A stretch of 64,000 nt of DNA from contig OX597837.1 of the NCBI GenBank assembly GCA_951406725.2, forward strand, positions 21,576,001 to 21,640,000, in the 5' to 3' direction. The position numbers were made by a program, and so were the translations under genes. The DNA comes from Octopus vulgaris (taxonomy: Eukaryota). Numbering within the stretch: the first letter of the stretch is position 1; each line of letters opens with the position of its first letter. Below, piece by piece: positions 1-12,866 of this stretch. The notes beneath the pieces were generated by a model. It saw only the letters and a list, made by a program, of their open reading frames with translations. It made no database searches and was not told the DNA's origin.

Positions 1-78
1 AAACATCTTAACCACATAGCTGGTGGAGGTGGTTTTTTCTTCTTTTTTTTTCTCATATTTCTTTTCTTTAATCCTCAG

Positions 79-186
79 AATCTGGTGAAATTGTTGCATG
101 CCCGACAGCTGGGGCTAAAGCTGATTGCCAATGTTACCTATGGTTATACAGGGGCCAATTTCTCTGGAAGAATGCCCTGTATTGAG
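79..186 (+). CDS. REV3L: DNA polymerase zeta catalytic subunit, internal exon (polB motif B); gene starts upstream of the window
   Basis: AG/GT-bounded 108-nt exon: NLVKLLHARQLGLKLIANVTYGYTGANFSGRMPCIE, matching the REV3 KLIANVxxGYT..NFSGRMPC signature. Confidence 0.95.
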
Positions 187-786
187 GTATGTAGTTACTA
201 TTTCTTTATATTTTCTACTGTGATTATTGTAAACAAGTTTTAAGACTGTGAAATGCTGACATTCTTCATTCCATCCCATCCTCGTCTTTTTTTCTAATAG
301 CCTACAAGGTACAATGGCTGTAGAGGTAAAGTACTGGACTGCAGACCACATGGTCATAAGTTCAAATCTTACAACCATCATTGGTTTGTGTTTCTGAGTA
401 AGAGTTCTAAGAGTTTGCTTGTATTGCTCTTAACCCTTTTGATACCAATCCACCTGAGACCAAGCCAAAGCAGATTATGGAACCTGGTGCAGCCCCTGGC
501 CCTTACCAGTTCCTGTCAAGCTCTCCAACCCATTCCAGCATGAAAAATGGTTGTTAAATGATGATGATAGCACAAGGCCTAGTTGTGAGACTGTTTTAAG
601 GTTGGGTATTCATCTCCCCAGACTGGGCTACATGTATCTTTAGACTAGGTACTTCACTTCATGTTGCTCCATCTACTCAGTTGAAAACTGAGTCCCAGCA
701 TCAACTGGTAATAACATCATGACAAACTGACATCCTGGCAAAGGTAAAAGCTTCAAAGATTGGAGTAACAACTGCTATTTCATCTG

Positions 787-1170
787 GAGGCGCAATGGCC
801 CAGTGGTTAGGGCAGTGGACTCGCGGTCATAGGATCGCGGTTTCGATTCCCAGACCGGGCGTTGTGAGTGTTTATTGAGCGAAAACACCTAAAGCTCCAC
901 GAGTCTCCGGCAGGGGATGGTGGCAATCCCTGCTGTACTCTTTCACCACAACTTTCTCTCACTCTTACTTCCTGTTTCTGTTGTACCTGTATTTCAAAGG
1001 GCCGGCCTTGTCACTCTCTGTGTCATGCTGAATATCCCCGAGAACTACGTTAAGGGTACACGTGTCTGTGGAGTGCTCAGCCACTTACACATTAATTTCA
1101 CGAGCAGGCTGTTCCGTTGATTTGGATCAACCGGAACCCTCGTCGTCGTAACCGACGGAGTGCTTCCATC
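787..1170 (+). mobile_element. tRNA-derived SINE (related copies at 6229-6525 and 11587-11670)
   Basis: A box TGGCCCAGTGG and B box GGTTTCGATTCC in a tRNA-like head; the head recurs elsewhere in the window. Confidence 0.75.
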
Positions 1171-1230
1171 CATTTCATCTATATTGTAGAAAGGTTATCA
1201 TGATTGCTGAAGTTGTTCAATACCTCAGCT

Positions 1231-1394
1231 CAGGGCCATCTTAAGACATGTGCATACAGGGAAGTTGCCCAAGGACTGACTAGTCTAGGGGCTCAAATCT
1301 GATCTATGTGTATTGTGTCTTGTCAATAAAAAGTACTATAGGACCCAGTGTACTGATTTACTCCAGGGCCTATAAAGCTGTTAAGATGGCCCCA
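1231..1394. mobile_element. hAT-type MITE
   Basis: TIR gggccatcttaa/ttaagatggccc; 8-bp TSD cctcagct at 1223-1230 and 1395-1402. Confidence 0.75.
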
Positions 1395-1543
1395 CCTCAG
1401 CTGATACTGTTAGCTTGCTGTGCTTAATTCAATTTCTGTCTGAAGCCAACAAATGCTATCTTTCTTTTAGTTCTACTGCAACTACAACACACGCTTTGTG
1501 TAGTCACTCACCATTAAACCTAACCTTTCTATTTTTAACATAG

Positions 1544-1653
1544 GTGGCAGACAGCATTGTACGAAAGGCGCGAGAGACACTGGAAAGAGCAATAAAACTG
1601 ATTGAAGATACACCTGGTTGGGGAGCAAAAGTGATATATGGAGACACAGACAG
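1544..1653 (+). CDS. REV3L: REV3L exon with catalytic YGDTDS motif
   Basis: tag|VADSIVRKARETLERAIKLIEDTPGWGAKVIYGDTD(S)|gtaag; phase continues into the next exon. Confidence 0.96.
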
Positions 1654-4084
1654 GTAAGTTAATGACAGCTGATTCTGTGATCTTTCTGTCATTGTCGTCG
1701 TCTACACGGCCCGCCCCGACTCGTTCGAAGAGATCGAGACGAAAGGGATCGCTTGCATACGACCCGACTTGCCGTTCAGAGTGACGTGCTTAGTGGAGCA
1801 GCTACCACACTGCGATCTATTGAGTCTCTTCTCGCGAACAACACGATCCGCCCCTTCGAGGCGGAAGGAGGTGAGGTGCAAAAGATGGCAAACTAAAGCG
1901 CAATCAAGCGGTGGAGGTGGTGACAGCGGCGTTATCCGCCATTCGTTGATCGCGCTGGTCGGGTGGGGCAAAGAAGTGTTTGCAGCGGCGAACGACTTCG
2001 CAGACGTCGTCAACGTCGTCTTACTCCCGGAATCGAGCGCACGTCATTATGCACGCTCCGTTGCAGGTTCGTCTAAGTGAGAAGTAGAAGAAACGCCACC
2101 TCATAGCTGCGCGTGTACCCTGGGTGATCAGTTTATGTGATCTTTCTGGAAACATCTTTAACCCTTTAGCTTTCAGATTTTTCCATCAAATGTAACGATT
2201 ATTTATTCACATTGATTTGAATTAATCATGCATTATCTTGTAGCTTTGAGATTTTGATGATGTGATTGTTTATTTTTAGAATAATATTGTAGAGTAAGTG
2301 TGAGGGGCTGGATGGATCTGTCCAGTTTGAAGATAAAACAGGGCTGAATATGGTCAGTTTGAAATCTTTGAAATTTACATATAGACAGGATGTCTATAAA
2401 TTTGAAAAACATTCAGAAAAAAAAGGATAACTTAGCAGAGTTTATTGAAAATCACAGGTAGGCACAGGTGTGGCTTTGTGCTAAGAAGCTTACTTCCCAA
2501 CCACATACCTCCAGGTTCAGTCCCACTGTGTTGCTTGGACCAGTATCTTCTCCTACAGCTTCTGGCCTTGTGAGTGGATTTGGTAGATGGAGAATGAAAG
2601 AAGCCCATTGTATATATCTATATATCTATGTGTGTATGTCTTTGTTCCCCTCCCCACTGCTTGACAACTGGTGTTGGTGTGTTTATGTCCCCATAACTTA
2701 GCTGTCTGTCAAGGGAGACTGGCAGAATAAGTACCAAGTTTAAAAAGAAAATAAGTACTGGAGTTGATAAATTCAACTAAAAAAGTCGGTGCCCCAGCAG
2801 TCCAATGCCTGAAACAAGGAAAAGATAAAAGAAAGAAAGTGTAAAACAAAGTTTTCTTAGAAACATCAGAACACTTCCACACAGGCTTCATTGGTTGCAT
2901 GCAATCTGATGAGTTATCCCTAATATTTTTCAAATTGTAAAGGTAATTTATGGATACCCTGTATTTTGATCAAGGTTCATAGAAGTTTTTGAAGTTTACA
3001 GACAATTTGATCCTATATACTACCGTATAGGACAGAGAATCTTTTGAAAATTATACACAGTTTGATCTAGGATCAACCTGTAGCATATTTGCCCCATTTC
3101 CTTTCCAGAAATTTTTGATTGATGAGAATTTGTGTTAATTGAAATCTCACATTATCATTCATTTTATGAGATTTTGGTAGGAAACATATTGAGGCCCCCT
3201 TCAGTCATGACTGACCGTGGGATTGCACCTTGAAAATTACCCTCCTAGGCACAAGTCTGGGCAAGGTTGTTTATGGGAGACCAGCAGTCACCCATGCCAA
3301 CAGTGTTATCCAAAAGAAAGGTAAAGGCCGATACAGCTTGGCACCTGTGACATCGCAACTTATTTCTACAGCTGAGTGAACTGGAGTAACATGAAATAAA
3401 GTGTCTTGCTCAAGAACACAACACACAGCCCGGTCCGGGATTCGAACTCACAACCTCATGATCATATAAGCTCGATGCTCTAACCAATGAGCCATGCACC
3501 TTCTCTAGGAAACTAATGCTGAGCAATTCTAGGTGACTTGATATTCTCTTTCTTCTGTGAGTGAACTCAGACACTCCCAATTTTATCCCAGTCTTGCACA
3601 CATTGGTTGTTATACATAAAGCTTGGTTAATCTCTCCATCTAATGCTATGAATAAGCTTCCAAACTAACCGATTTACTGTCTCAGTACAAACTCATCTTT
3701 ACTCCTCGGACAGGGACCAATAATCTTAACCCTTTAGCATTTAAATTGGTCATAACCAGCCAGATCTGGCCTCTCTCACCTACGCTACAATGTTGTTCTA
3801 AAAATAAAGTCACATATTTGAAATCTCAAACTACGATTAATTCAAAACAATCTGAATAAATAAGTATTAATTTTTGACAGTTTTTATTGGAAATAAAAGA
3901 CCATAAAGTTCAGCATTGGGTTTGATCCCTTCCATAATATATTGAATGTTGTGCATAGAAATCTTCTGCGCTTTCAAGCTGATTTTGCAGAGCTTGGATA
4001 ATGACTTGGTATTAAGTAATAAATTCTTAATCTAACTAGTCTATAATTAACCAATATAGTATATGTCTTTTCCCATATTTTCAG

Positions 4085-4199
4085 TATCTTTATCCAGTTG
4101 AAAGGTTACAGTAAAGAAGGTGCCATCATACTAGGCCAACACATTGCACAAGTTGTAACAGAGACCAATCCTAAACCTATTAAACTGAAATTCGAGAAG
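4085..4199 (+). CDS. REV3L: REV3L exon
   Basis: cag|(S)IFIQLKGYSKEGAIILGQHIAQVVTETNPKPIKLKFEK|gtaag. Confidence 0.95.
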
Positions 4200-4460
4200 G
4201 TAAGTCAATGTCTGGCTGAAAAGACTGTGCTTTTTTATCACCTAGGCATTGGTGTGGCTGTGTGGTAAGAAGCTTTCTTCCCAATCACATGGCTCCAGGT
4301 TCAGTACCTGGTACCTTGGGCAAGTGTCTTCTACTATAGCCAGAGGCTGACCAAACCCTTGTGAGTGGATGTGGTAGAAAGACATTGAAAGAAGCCCATC
4401 ATATGTGTTAGTGTGTGTGTGTATATATGTTTGTGTATTTCTTGCCAATGGCAAGAAATA

Positions 4461-4839
4461 TAGGTGCGGGAGTGGCTGTGTGGTAAGTAGCTAGCTTACC
4501 AACCACATGGTTTCGGGTTCAATCCCACTGCATGGCACCTTGGGCAAATGTCTTCTACTATAGACTCAAGCTGACCAAAGCCTTGTGAGTGGATTTAGTA
4601 GACAGGAACTGAAAGAAGCTCATCATATATATGTATATGTATATATATGTGTGTTTATCCCCCCAACATCTTTTGACAACCGATGCTGGTGTGTTTATGT
4701 CCCCATCACTTAGCGGTTCGGCTAAACCAATAGAATAAGTACTAGGCTTACAAACAATAAGTCCTATGATCAATTTGCTCAACTAAAGGCGGTGCTCCAG
4801 CATGGCCGCAGTCAAATGACTGAAACAAGTAAAAGAGTA
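4461..4839 (+). mobile_element. Abundant tRNA-headed SINE with internal (TA/TG)n; other copies at about 2458, 6550, 8122(-), 12918(-), 38921, 56172(-), 57255(-), 61489(-), 63430(-)
   Basis: Recurring ~380-bp unit ggctgtgtggtaag..gggttca[ag]tcccactg..ccttgggcaa..(TA)n..ctccagcatggccgcagtcaaatgactgaaacaagtaaaagag. Confidence 0.85.
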
Positions 4840-5525
4840 ATGTATATTAATGGAAGATCTAAATACCTGTTTCTAATTTTGCCACAAGGCCAGCAACATC
4901 AGGGAGCAGAACAAATCAATTATATCAACCCCAGTGATTGACTGGTTCTTACTTTATCAACCTTGAAAGGATGAAAGGCAAAGCTCACCTCAGTGTCATT
5001 TGAACTCAGAACATAAAAATGGACAAAACGCTACAAAGCATTTTGCCTGGTGCAGTAACAATTCTGCCAGCTCACCGCCTCAGGAAGGTCTAAAATATTG
5101 GCAATAAAAACAATAATAATAATAATAATAATGAAATTATTGTATACATTGCTCAGGTGCACCACAACTTGTCAGACATTGCGTATAAAGTATATGCAGT
5201 AATGTACAACTGTCTGGAAAGCGAACAATGTATGAGTCAGATACATGTTTGTGTGTGTATGGAGGGGAGAAAATCAGGTGTAGTGTTGGCGAATCTCGGG
5301 AAGCATGGAAGTTTTGAAGAATGCAGTGCTGAATGCACCAATAAATTGGTGCATTTGAATAAAAATGCATTGTGCTATTTCTCCTCTTGCCAAGGTAACA
5401 GGTATTCTCACCATTGTAGATGCAATGAAACTAGTAAACCTATAACTGATATGTCGTTCTTGTTCACAAAATACAATTAAAAATATATAAACCCTGTTTC
5501 GTTTTTTTCTGTCTGTTTGTCTCAG

Positions 5526-5663
5526 GTGTATCTACCATGTGTACTGCAAACTAAAAAACGGTACTCAGGGTTTATGTACGAGTCCGTTAACCAGAAGGAA
5601 CCAGTGTTTGATGCCAAAGGAATTGAGACCGTGAGGCGAGATGGATGTCCTGCTACTGCTAAG
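5526..5663 (+). CDS. REV3L: REV3L exon (KKRY and KGIETVRRD motifs)
   Basis: cag|VYLPCVLQTKKRYSGFMYESVNQKEPVFDAKGIETVRRDGCPATAK|gtaat. Confidence 0.96.
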
Positions 5664-5668
5664 GTAAT

Positions 5669-5896
5669 TTAACCCTTTAGTGTTTAAACCGGCCATATCC
5701 GGCCAAAATATTCTACCTGTTTTATGTTCAGACTAGTCAGATATGGTCATTCATAGCTACCTTATTGTGTCATTTTAAAAATAAACAATCACATCATTGA
5801 AATCTCAAAGCCATGAAATGATGCAAGATTAATTTTACATGGTGTGAATACATAAGCTTTACATTTGACAGAATAATCTGAATGCTAAAGGGTTAA
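5669..5896. mobile_element. piggyBac-type MITE (same family at 11159-11388, 30390-30878, 60347-60562, with partial copies; another TTAA element at 8707-9232)
   Basis: TTAA-CCCTTTAG...CTAAAGGG-TTAA termini. Confidence 0.8.
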
Positions 5897-7763
5897 ACTC
5901 TTGCGTTTCATTGTTCATCATCGTCATTATTTAATGTCCACTTTTCGGTGTTCGCCATGGGCAGACGGAATTTGTTGAGGTGAATCTTCTATGGCTGAAT
6001 GCACTTTCTGTCAGCAACCCTCATTTCCCATGACCAGACATGTCTCCACAGATTATTGGAAATGAAGGATACTGCTTGAATGACAGTGACACTTGCTTAC
6101 AGCTATCGCATGATGTCAAGGGAAAGAGACAGTAACACACACACACATGTATGTATATAAATTAAAACAGAAATGAAAAGGCAAACCATTTGGCAAGGAC
6201 ATTTCATTTAGATATATAAGAAAAAGGGTGGAGGCGCAATGGCCCAGTGGTTAGGGCAGCGGACTCACGGTCAGGGGATTGTGGTTTTGATTCCCAGACC
6301 GGGCACTGTGTGTGTTTATTGAGCGATAACACCTAAAGCTCAGGCAGGGGGGGGAGCGACCCCTGTTGTACTCTTTCGCCCCTAACTTTCTCTTACTCTC
6401 TCTTCCTGTTTCTTGAGTAACACTGCGATGGACTGGCATCCCGTCCAGCTAAGGGCAACACATACGCCACAGAAACCGGGCCCATGGGCCTGGCTAGGCT
6501 TGAAAAGGGTGCATAAATAAAAAAAATATAAGAAAAAGGCATACATAGATACAGGTGTGACTATGTAGCAATAAGCAAGCTTGCTTCCCAACCACATGGT
6601 TCTGGGTTCAGTCCCACTGCATGGCACCTTGGGTAAGTGTCTTCTGTTATAGCCTCAGGCCAACCAAAGCCTTGTGGGTGGATTTTGTAGATGGAAACTG
6701 AAAGAAGCCTGTTGTCTATATATATATATATGCATATATTTATGTGTGTCTGTATTTGTCCCCACGACCATCACTTGACAACTGATGTTGGTGTTTACAT
6801 CCCTGTAACTTAGCAGTTCAGCACAAGAAACCGATAGAGTAAGCAGTAGGCTTATAAAGAATAAGTTCAGGGGTCAATTTTTTTGACTGAAAGGTGGTGC
6901 TCCATCATGGCCACAGTTAAATGACTGAAACAAGAATAGTCTCTAACAGCTGTTTCTAGAATATCCAAGTTATTGGAACTTTGTGCTGAGTGAGCATTCC
7001 ATAGGCCAAGTATAGTTATCAGAGAGGAAGAGGTTAAGCAGATGTAACAGTGAAGGAATATTACTCGCACAAACACATGGTTAAGTGGTTGAGATGCTAA
7101 CTTTACAATTACATGGTTTCAGGTTCAGTCCCACTGCATGATGGCATGTTGGTTAAGTGATTTCTACAATTGTCCCAGGTCAACCAAGAGTGAATTTGGC
7201 AGATGGAAAGTGTGTAAAAGATTGTCATAGTGTGTGCACACGTGTGTGTGTGTTCTGAAAAATGTGGTTCAGACAAACAAAGAAATTTACAAGAACAAAA
7301 GGACAACTCAAACGGATGTGCACAAGTCGGGTCCTTTCATCAGTTGTGAAATGGAAAGCACCACAATTCCAGTACCAAAGACATTATTGTTTTCTTCCAC
7401 TGAGGGTATATGGCCCTGTGCTGGCATCACATAAAAGTACTCATGCTGGTGCCAGGTTAAAGGCACCCAGCACACACTGTAAAGTGGTTGGGGGGTTAGG
7501 AAGGGCTTCCAGCCATAGAAACCATAACAAAATCAGACTGGAACTTGGTACAGCTCTCCAGCTTACCAGCTCTTGTCAAATTGTCTAACCCATGCCAGCA
7601 TGGAAAACAGACGTTAAAGGAGGAAGATGGCAGGGTTACTAATGGGAAAAAATGCAAAACGAAATGAACAGCAGGTACAAAAGGTCTTTCAACTGAAATG
7701 AAAAAAAAAATTGATAGAAGATTTTGTATTTTAAAAATAAAATACTTGTTTTCCTACTTTCAG

Positions 7764-7954
7764 ATTTTGGAACGCACTCTCAAGATTTTATTCAGCACAC
7801 GTGATGTGTCTCGAGTGAAAAACTATGTACAGACACAATGTCGCAAAATGCTGGAAGGCAAAGTCAATCTACAGGATTTTGTGTTTGCTAAAGAATATCG
7901 TGGTATGAACACTTATCGCCCTGGCGCCTGTGTTCCAGCCTTGGAAATTGCAAA
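7764..7954 (+). CDS. REV3L: REV3L exon
   Basis: cag|ILERTLKILFSTRDVSRVKNYVQTQCRKMLEGKVNLQDFVFAKEYRGMNTYRPGACVPALEIA(K)|gtaag. Confidence 0.95.
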
Positions 7955-10270
7955 GTAAGTGAAAGTTTATGCATATATGCTTCTTTTACCATTTTTTTAT
8001 ATGCAACTAGGTCTACATTAAAAGATTTTGGTGCCCCCATATACATGTAATTCAAAAATTAAACAATAATAAGCTGTAAAATAAATTATTTTTCAAAATG
8101 AAACATAACTAAGATGGAAAACTCTCTTTACTCTTTTACTTGTTTCAGTCATATGACTGTGGCCATGTTGGAGCACTGCCTTTAGTCGAGCAAATCGACC
8201 CCAGGACTTATTCTTTGTAAGCCTAGTACTTATTCTATCGGTCTCTTTTGCTGAACCGCTAAGTTACGGGGACGTAAACACACCAGCATCGGTTGTCAAG
8301 CAATGTTGGGTGGACAAACACAGACACACACATATATATATATATGTAAATACACATATACGACGGGCTTCTTTCAGTTTCCGTCTACCAAATCCACTCA
8401 TAAGGCTTTGGTCAGCCCAAGGCTATAGTAGAAGACACTTGCCCAAGATGCCATGCAGTGGGACTGAACCCGGAACCATGTGGTTCATAAGCAAGCTCTT
8501 ACCACACAGCCACTCCTACACCTACTAATGTTTATTTTTGTTTACTTCCACTTTATATTTGAAAAGCTTTCTACTTTTTCTAATTGCAAAGTCTTTGATC
8601 AAATCTTTTTTAAGACGGATGTAACTTGAGATTAGCTGCTATTTTTAGCAGAGTGAATGACTGTGTATAGACAACCCTTTTCAGGAAGCAAACCCAAGAA
8701 CTATGTTAACCCTTTTGTTACCAACCTGGCTGAAACCGGCTCTGGCTCTCAATACAAATGTCTTGTTTTCATAAGTTTTGAATTAAAATCTTCCACCAAA
8801 CCTTAGTCACAATTTATGTTCCTAACACTAGCTGAATGATAACTAAGTTTCGTTTTTGGATTTGGTTTGCAAGATTCTTTATATGAGTTTGTGTGTTGAA
8901 GCATATTCTGTTGTGTCTGGGGAGAGTCATTTTCTTTTTGTGCCTTATAATGTAACACACTCACTGGTAAAATTTCCACATTTTTCTTATTTTTATTTTC
9001 CTAAAATTCCTGCGTGTAAATAACGGACAGAATCAAAACTATTGAAAAGGTTGCAAGACGCAACGAAAATTTTAGGAAAATAAAAATAAGAAAAAAGTGG
9101 AAATTTTACCAGTGAGTGTTCTCCCCAGACGCAACAGGATAACTAAGTTATTTTACTAAATTCTTTGTTATATTTAAAGTAATTGAAAGAAACAGAGAGC
9201 ATCTCAAGATAAATACAGTAACGAAAGGGTTAAGGCTACACATGTTTGTAGAGTGCTCAGCCACTTGCATGTTGATTTCACAAGCAGGCTGCTCATTGAT
9301 CAGATCAACTGGAACCCTCGTCATCGTAACCAATGGAATGCCAGTTTAGTTCTCACTCCCAGATGTTTTGAGGCACTTGCTCTGACTCTGTGCACTTTGA
9401 GTTCAAGTCTTACCAAGGTCAACTTTACCATTCGACCTTTCTCATTTGATAAATAAGGTATTATCCCATCTGATGGATTAATGGGGTTTGTCATAGCAGC
9501 AGACAAGATGCTTCATGATACCTATTCTGAAGGCAATGTATGTGATGACACTGATGATACATGCTTCTTATAATCACAAAATTAGACTCAAAGAGGAAAT
9601 TAAAGAACTGTGGAGGAAGAGACCAAAAGGTAGAGAGTTACTTTAATAGATTAAAGAGTGATAGGAAGGAGGATATGAGGAGTATTTATAAAGGGACAGG
9701 TGGGGTAATACTTCTGTGTAGTGATGTTCTGACCATTTCATCATCATCATCTTTTAATGTCTGTTTTCCATGCTGGCATGGGTTGGACAATTTGTCCAAA
9801 GCTGGATGTTCTTCCTGATGCCATCTACTTTACAGTGTGTGCTGGGTGCTTTTAATGTGGCACTAGCACGAGCACTTTTACATGGTGCCAGCATGTGCTT
9901 CTTACGTGGCACCAGCACAGGACTCCAACAGGCCAATCCTCTTCACCAAGAAATGCAATCTTAATACTTTTGCCATGGAGGACAGGTCTTCTTCAATTGT
10001 CAACAAATTGGTTACTGGCTTTGTGCCTCTGAAGATGAGTAAAATAAGAGATCCCTTACATGAAAAGCAGATAAGGGTTAGCAACAAGAAAGGCATCCAT
10101 CTGTAAAATAATTTTTTTAAGACTGCAATATTACATTCATCCCATCCGTTGTAGCATGGAAAAAAAAAAGGCAAAAACAAATTATATTTGAAAAATATAT
10201 TTTAAAATATTTTTTGTTTACTGTCATACTTTAAAAAAAATTTTGATTTTTATTTTAAAAAAAACAATAG

Positions 10271-10562
10271 GAAACTGATCCAACATGATCGTCGAGCAGA
10301 ACCCCAATCTGGAGAACGAGTTCCCTATATAATTGTGTGTGGAGAACCAGGCTTACCCTTGATTCAACTTGTTCGTCAACCACTGGAAGTACTTGGTGAT
10401 TCCAGCTTACGTTTAAATACCAACTACTACATCACTAAGGCAATTTTACCACCTTTGCAACGAATCTTCTCTCTGCTTGGAATCAATGTTTTTAACTGGT
10501 ATTCTGATTTACCCAGAGTAGTCAGATATACCCACCATTCTGTACCTGAAGAAAAGAAAAAG
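10271..10562 (+). CDS. REV3L: REV3L exon
   Basis: tag|KLIQHDRRAEPQSGERVPYIIVCGEPGLPLIQLVRQP...YYITKAILPPLQRIFSLLGINVFNWYSDLPR...EKKK|gtatt; phase consistent. Confidence 0.95.
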
Positions 10563-12329
10563 GTATTGTTCTTATATACGGTCTTTGATTTTTAAAAATC
10601 CTCACACATTCATAAGAAAAATGTTAATAATTCTCATTCATTTTTTACCTTTTATTTGTTTTATTGTTTAGCTAGGGGAAGAAACAGCAATATCCATGAC
10701 CCTTTCCAGGGCCTCTGAGACTAGTGGGAAAGTAGGAGAAAGAACAGGGGGTATCCCCAATCCAGAGAACTAACCCAAATGCTTGCAATAGGTAGATTCC
10801 ACTAACGATCATCATCACCACCATCTGGTCTGGTGACTTGCCTGAATCAATTCAACTCTTCTACGCCAGATATTCTTATTGAATAATGTGGCATGAATGT
10901 CTGGTTTAGATTTTAGTCACATTGGTCTTTCACTAACTGAAATATCTTGTCTGCCCACACCATGATTAAAGATGGTAACAACAGTTTGTTAACTGGACTT
11001 GTTGATCCTGGCCACTGACAGCTTGTTATCTGTTCACCTGCACAGCATCGATGTGATATCTGCCATTGACTCAATAAGTTCATCTGCTGAAACAGTTCGT
11101 CCCACATGTTGCATCCCACAATTTTAATGTGTCCTGGCTCAGGTGGTTACATGTTATTTTAACCCTTTAGTATTTGCATTATTCTATCAAAAGTAATGCT
11201 TATTTATTCACATTGTTTTCAATTAATCCTGCATTTATCTTGTAGCTTTGAGATTTTGATGAAGTAACTATTCGTTTTTAGAATTATATTGTAGGGCTGG
11301 TGTGAGAGGCCAGATCTGGCCAATTTGAACATAAAACAGGGGAGAATATTTTGGCTGGATATGGCCAGTTTAAATGCTAAAGGGTTAACTCATTGTTGTG
11401 ACCCTGACAGGTGCTACTACTCTGGATCAGAGTAGACCTGAGAACAATAGTTGCTAAAGAGGTAGTCCTACACACCTTAAAACCCTGGAAAATTCAAACC
11501 AAAGCCCCATGACTGGATGTGGTTTAAAGTCCTACTCAGGACATTAAAGATACACACTAAATATAGCCAATGGTTAGGTAGTTTGTGGAGGCACATGGCC
11601 TAGTGGTTAGAGCAGCGGACTTGCAGTCGAGGGATCGCGGGTTCGAATCTCAGACCGGGCGATGTGTGTATGAGCCAGGCATGGTTTGAGAAGGAACAAA
11701 CAAAACAACAATGGTTAGGTAGTGTTTTTAAACTGTGAGAGGGATCAGTCTGCCACCAGGATGGATCAAATACTGCAGGGCATCTCATCTGATGCATTAG
11801 CAAGTCAGCCAATCCACTGCCTGTCATCTAAGCATGAGAAAACTAAAGTTGGGGGATGGATTTGTTGGATCAACAAACAAGAAGTGATGTGAGAGGGCGA
11901 GAAGCCAAAGATGTGGAAGTGGATGAATGATAAAGCATCAAAAAGTTTGACAGAATGGTGGGTAGATACATGCTTCTTAGAATCACAAAATTAGTCAAAG
12001 AGGAAGATTAAAGCACATACACACACACAAATGATAGGTTTCTTTCAGGTTCCATCTACCAAATCTACTCACTAGGCTTTGGTCGGCTTGGGACACTTGC
12101 CTAAAGTGCCACACAGTGAGACTGAACCCAGAACCATGTGGTTGGAAAGCACATGTATACAGAACATGAAGGGTAAATTCTTATTTTCTTTAGTAAGTAC
12201 GCAAGTGTCCATACACCCTGTTAGTGCACAGGTATACTATCCCCGACTCTATCTTGTTACCTCTATTATTAAAATACATTGATTTGATTGAGCCTAAAAA
12301 TGTTATCATACATACATACATGGTGATCA

Positions 12330-12676
12330 TACGTGGTGATCTCATTCTTGTTCACAACATCATAAGCGGAAAGTGTAACCTCTCGAAAGAGCTGTTCTTC
12401 ACTCCTGCTCCAGAGCGTTGGCTGCAGGGTCACTTCGAAAAGCTCTATCTGCGACGATTTCATCTCAATCGAAGGAGAGGGGCTTTCTCTGTACGGGTTG
12501 CAGATGCGTGGAATAAGCTGTCAGACGCGATAGTGAAGATGCCGACGACCACTCAGTTCAAAGTCTCTCTTGACCAGAAATGGCCTGAACTCTTTGTATG
12601 AACACCCTCCCTGTACATAACTTCATGTCCCCCTACATGGCCTTGCTTTTTGAGCCAAAAAATTAACTTAACTTAC
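12330..12676 (+). mobile_element. 3' fragment of a CR1-group LINE
   Basis: RGDLILVHNIISG...FF...GHFEKL...RRGAFSVRVADAWNKL..IV....FKVSLD (CR1 ORF2 C-terminus), followed by a short UTR and a TTAAC-repeat tail. Confidence 0.82.
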
Positions 12677-12704
12677 ATGTATGTTCGTTTTTTTCTTGTA
12701 CCAG

Positions 12705-12866
12705 GGAACCATCTCTCAGTATTTCAATTCAAGCAATTGTCCTGTCTGCCACAGTCAAACCAAACAGAACTTATGTCCTCAGTGTGCCGCCGACCCACAA
12801 TTAGTTGCAGTCTCCCTCAACTCTCAACTTCACAAATTACAGCAGACACATCACCGTCTCTCTCAA
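12705..12866 (+). CDS. REV3L: REV3L exon, C-terminal CysA metal-binding motif
   Basis: cag|GTISQYFNSSNCPVCHSQTKQNLCPQCAADPQ...HRLSQ|gtaag. Confidence 0.94.

Noticed and set aside
787-860. tRNA-like sequence with A and B boxes
   Set aside because: Head of a dispersed SINE that continues into a shared body; not called as a tRNA gene
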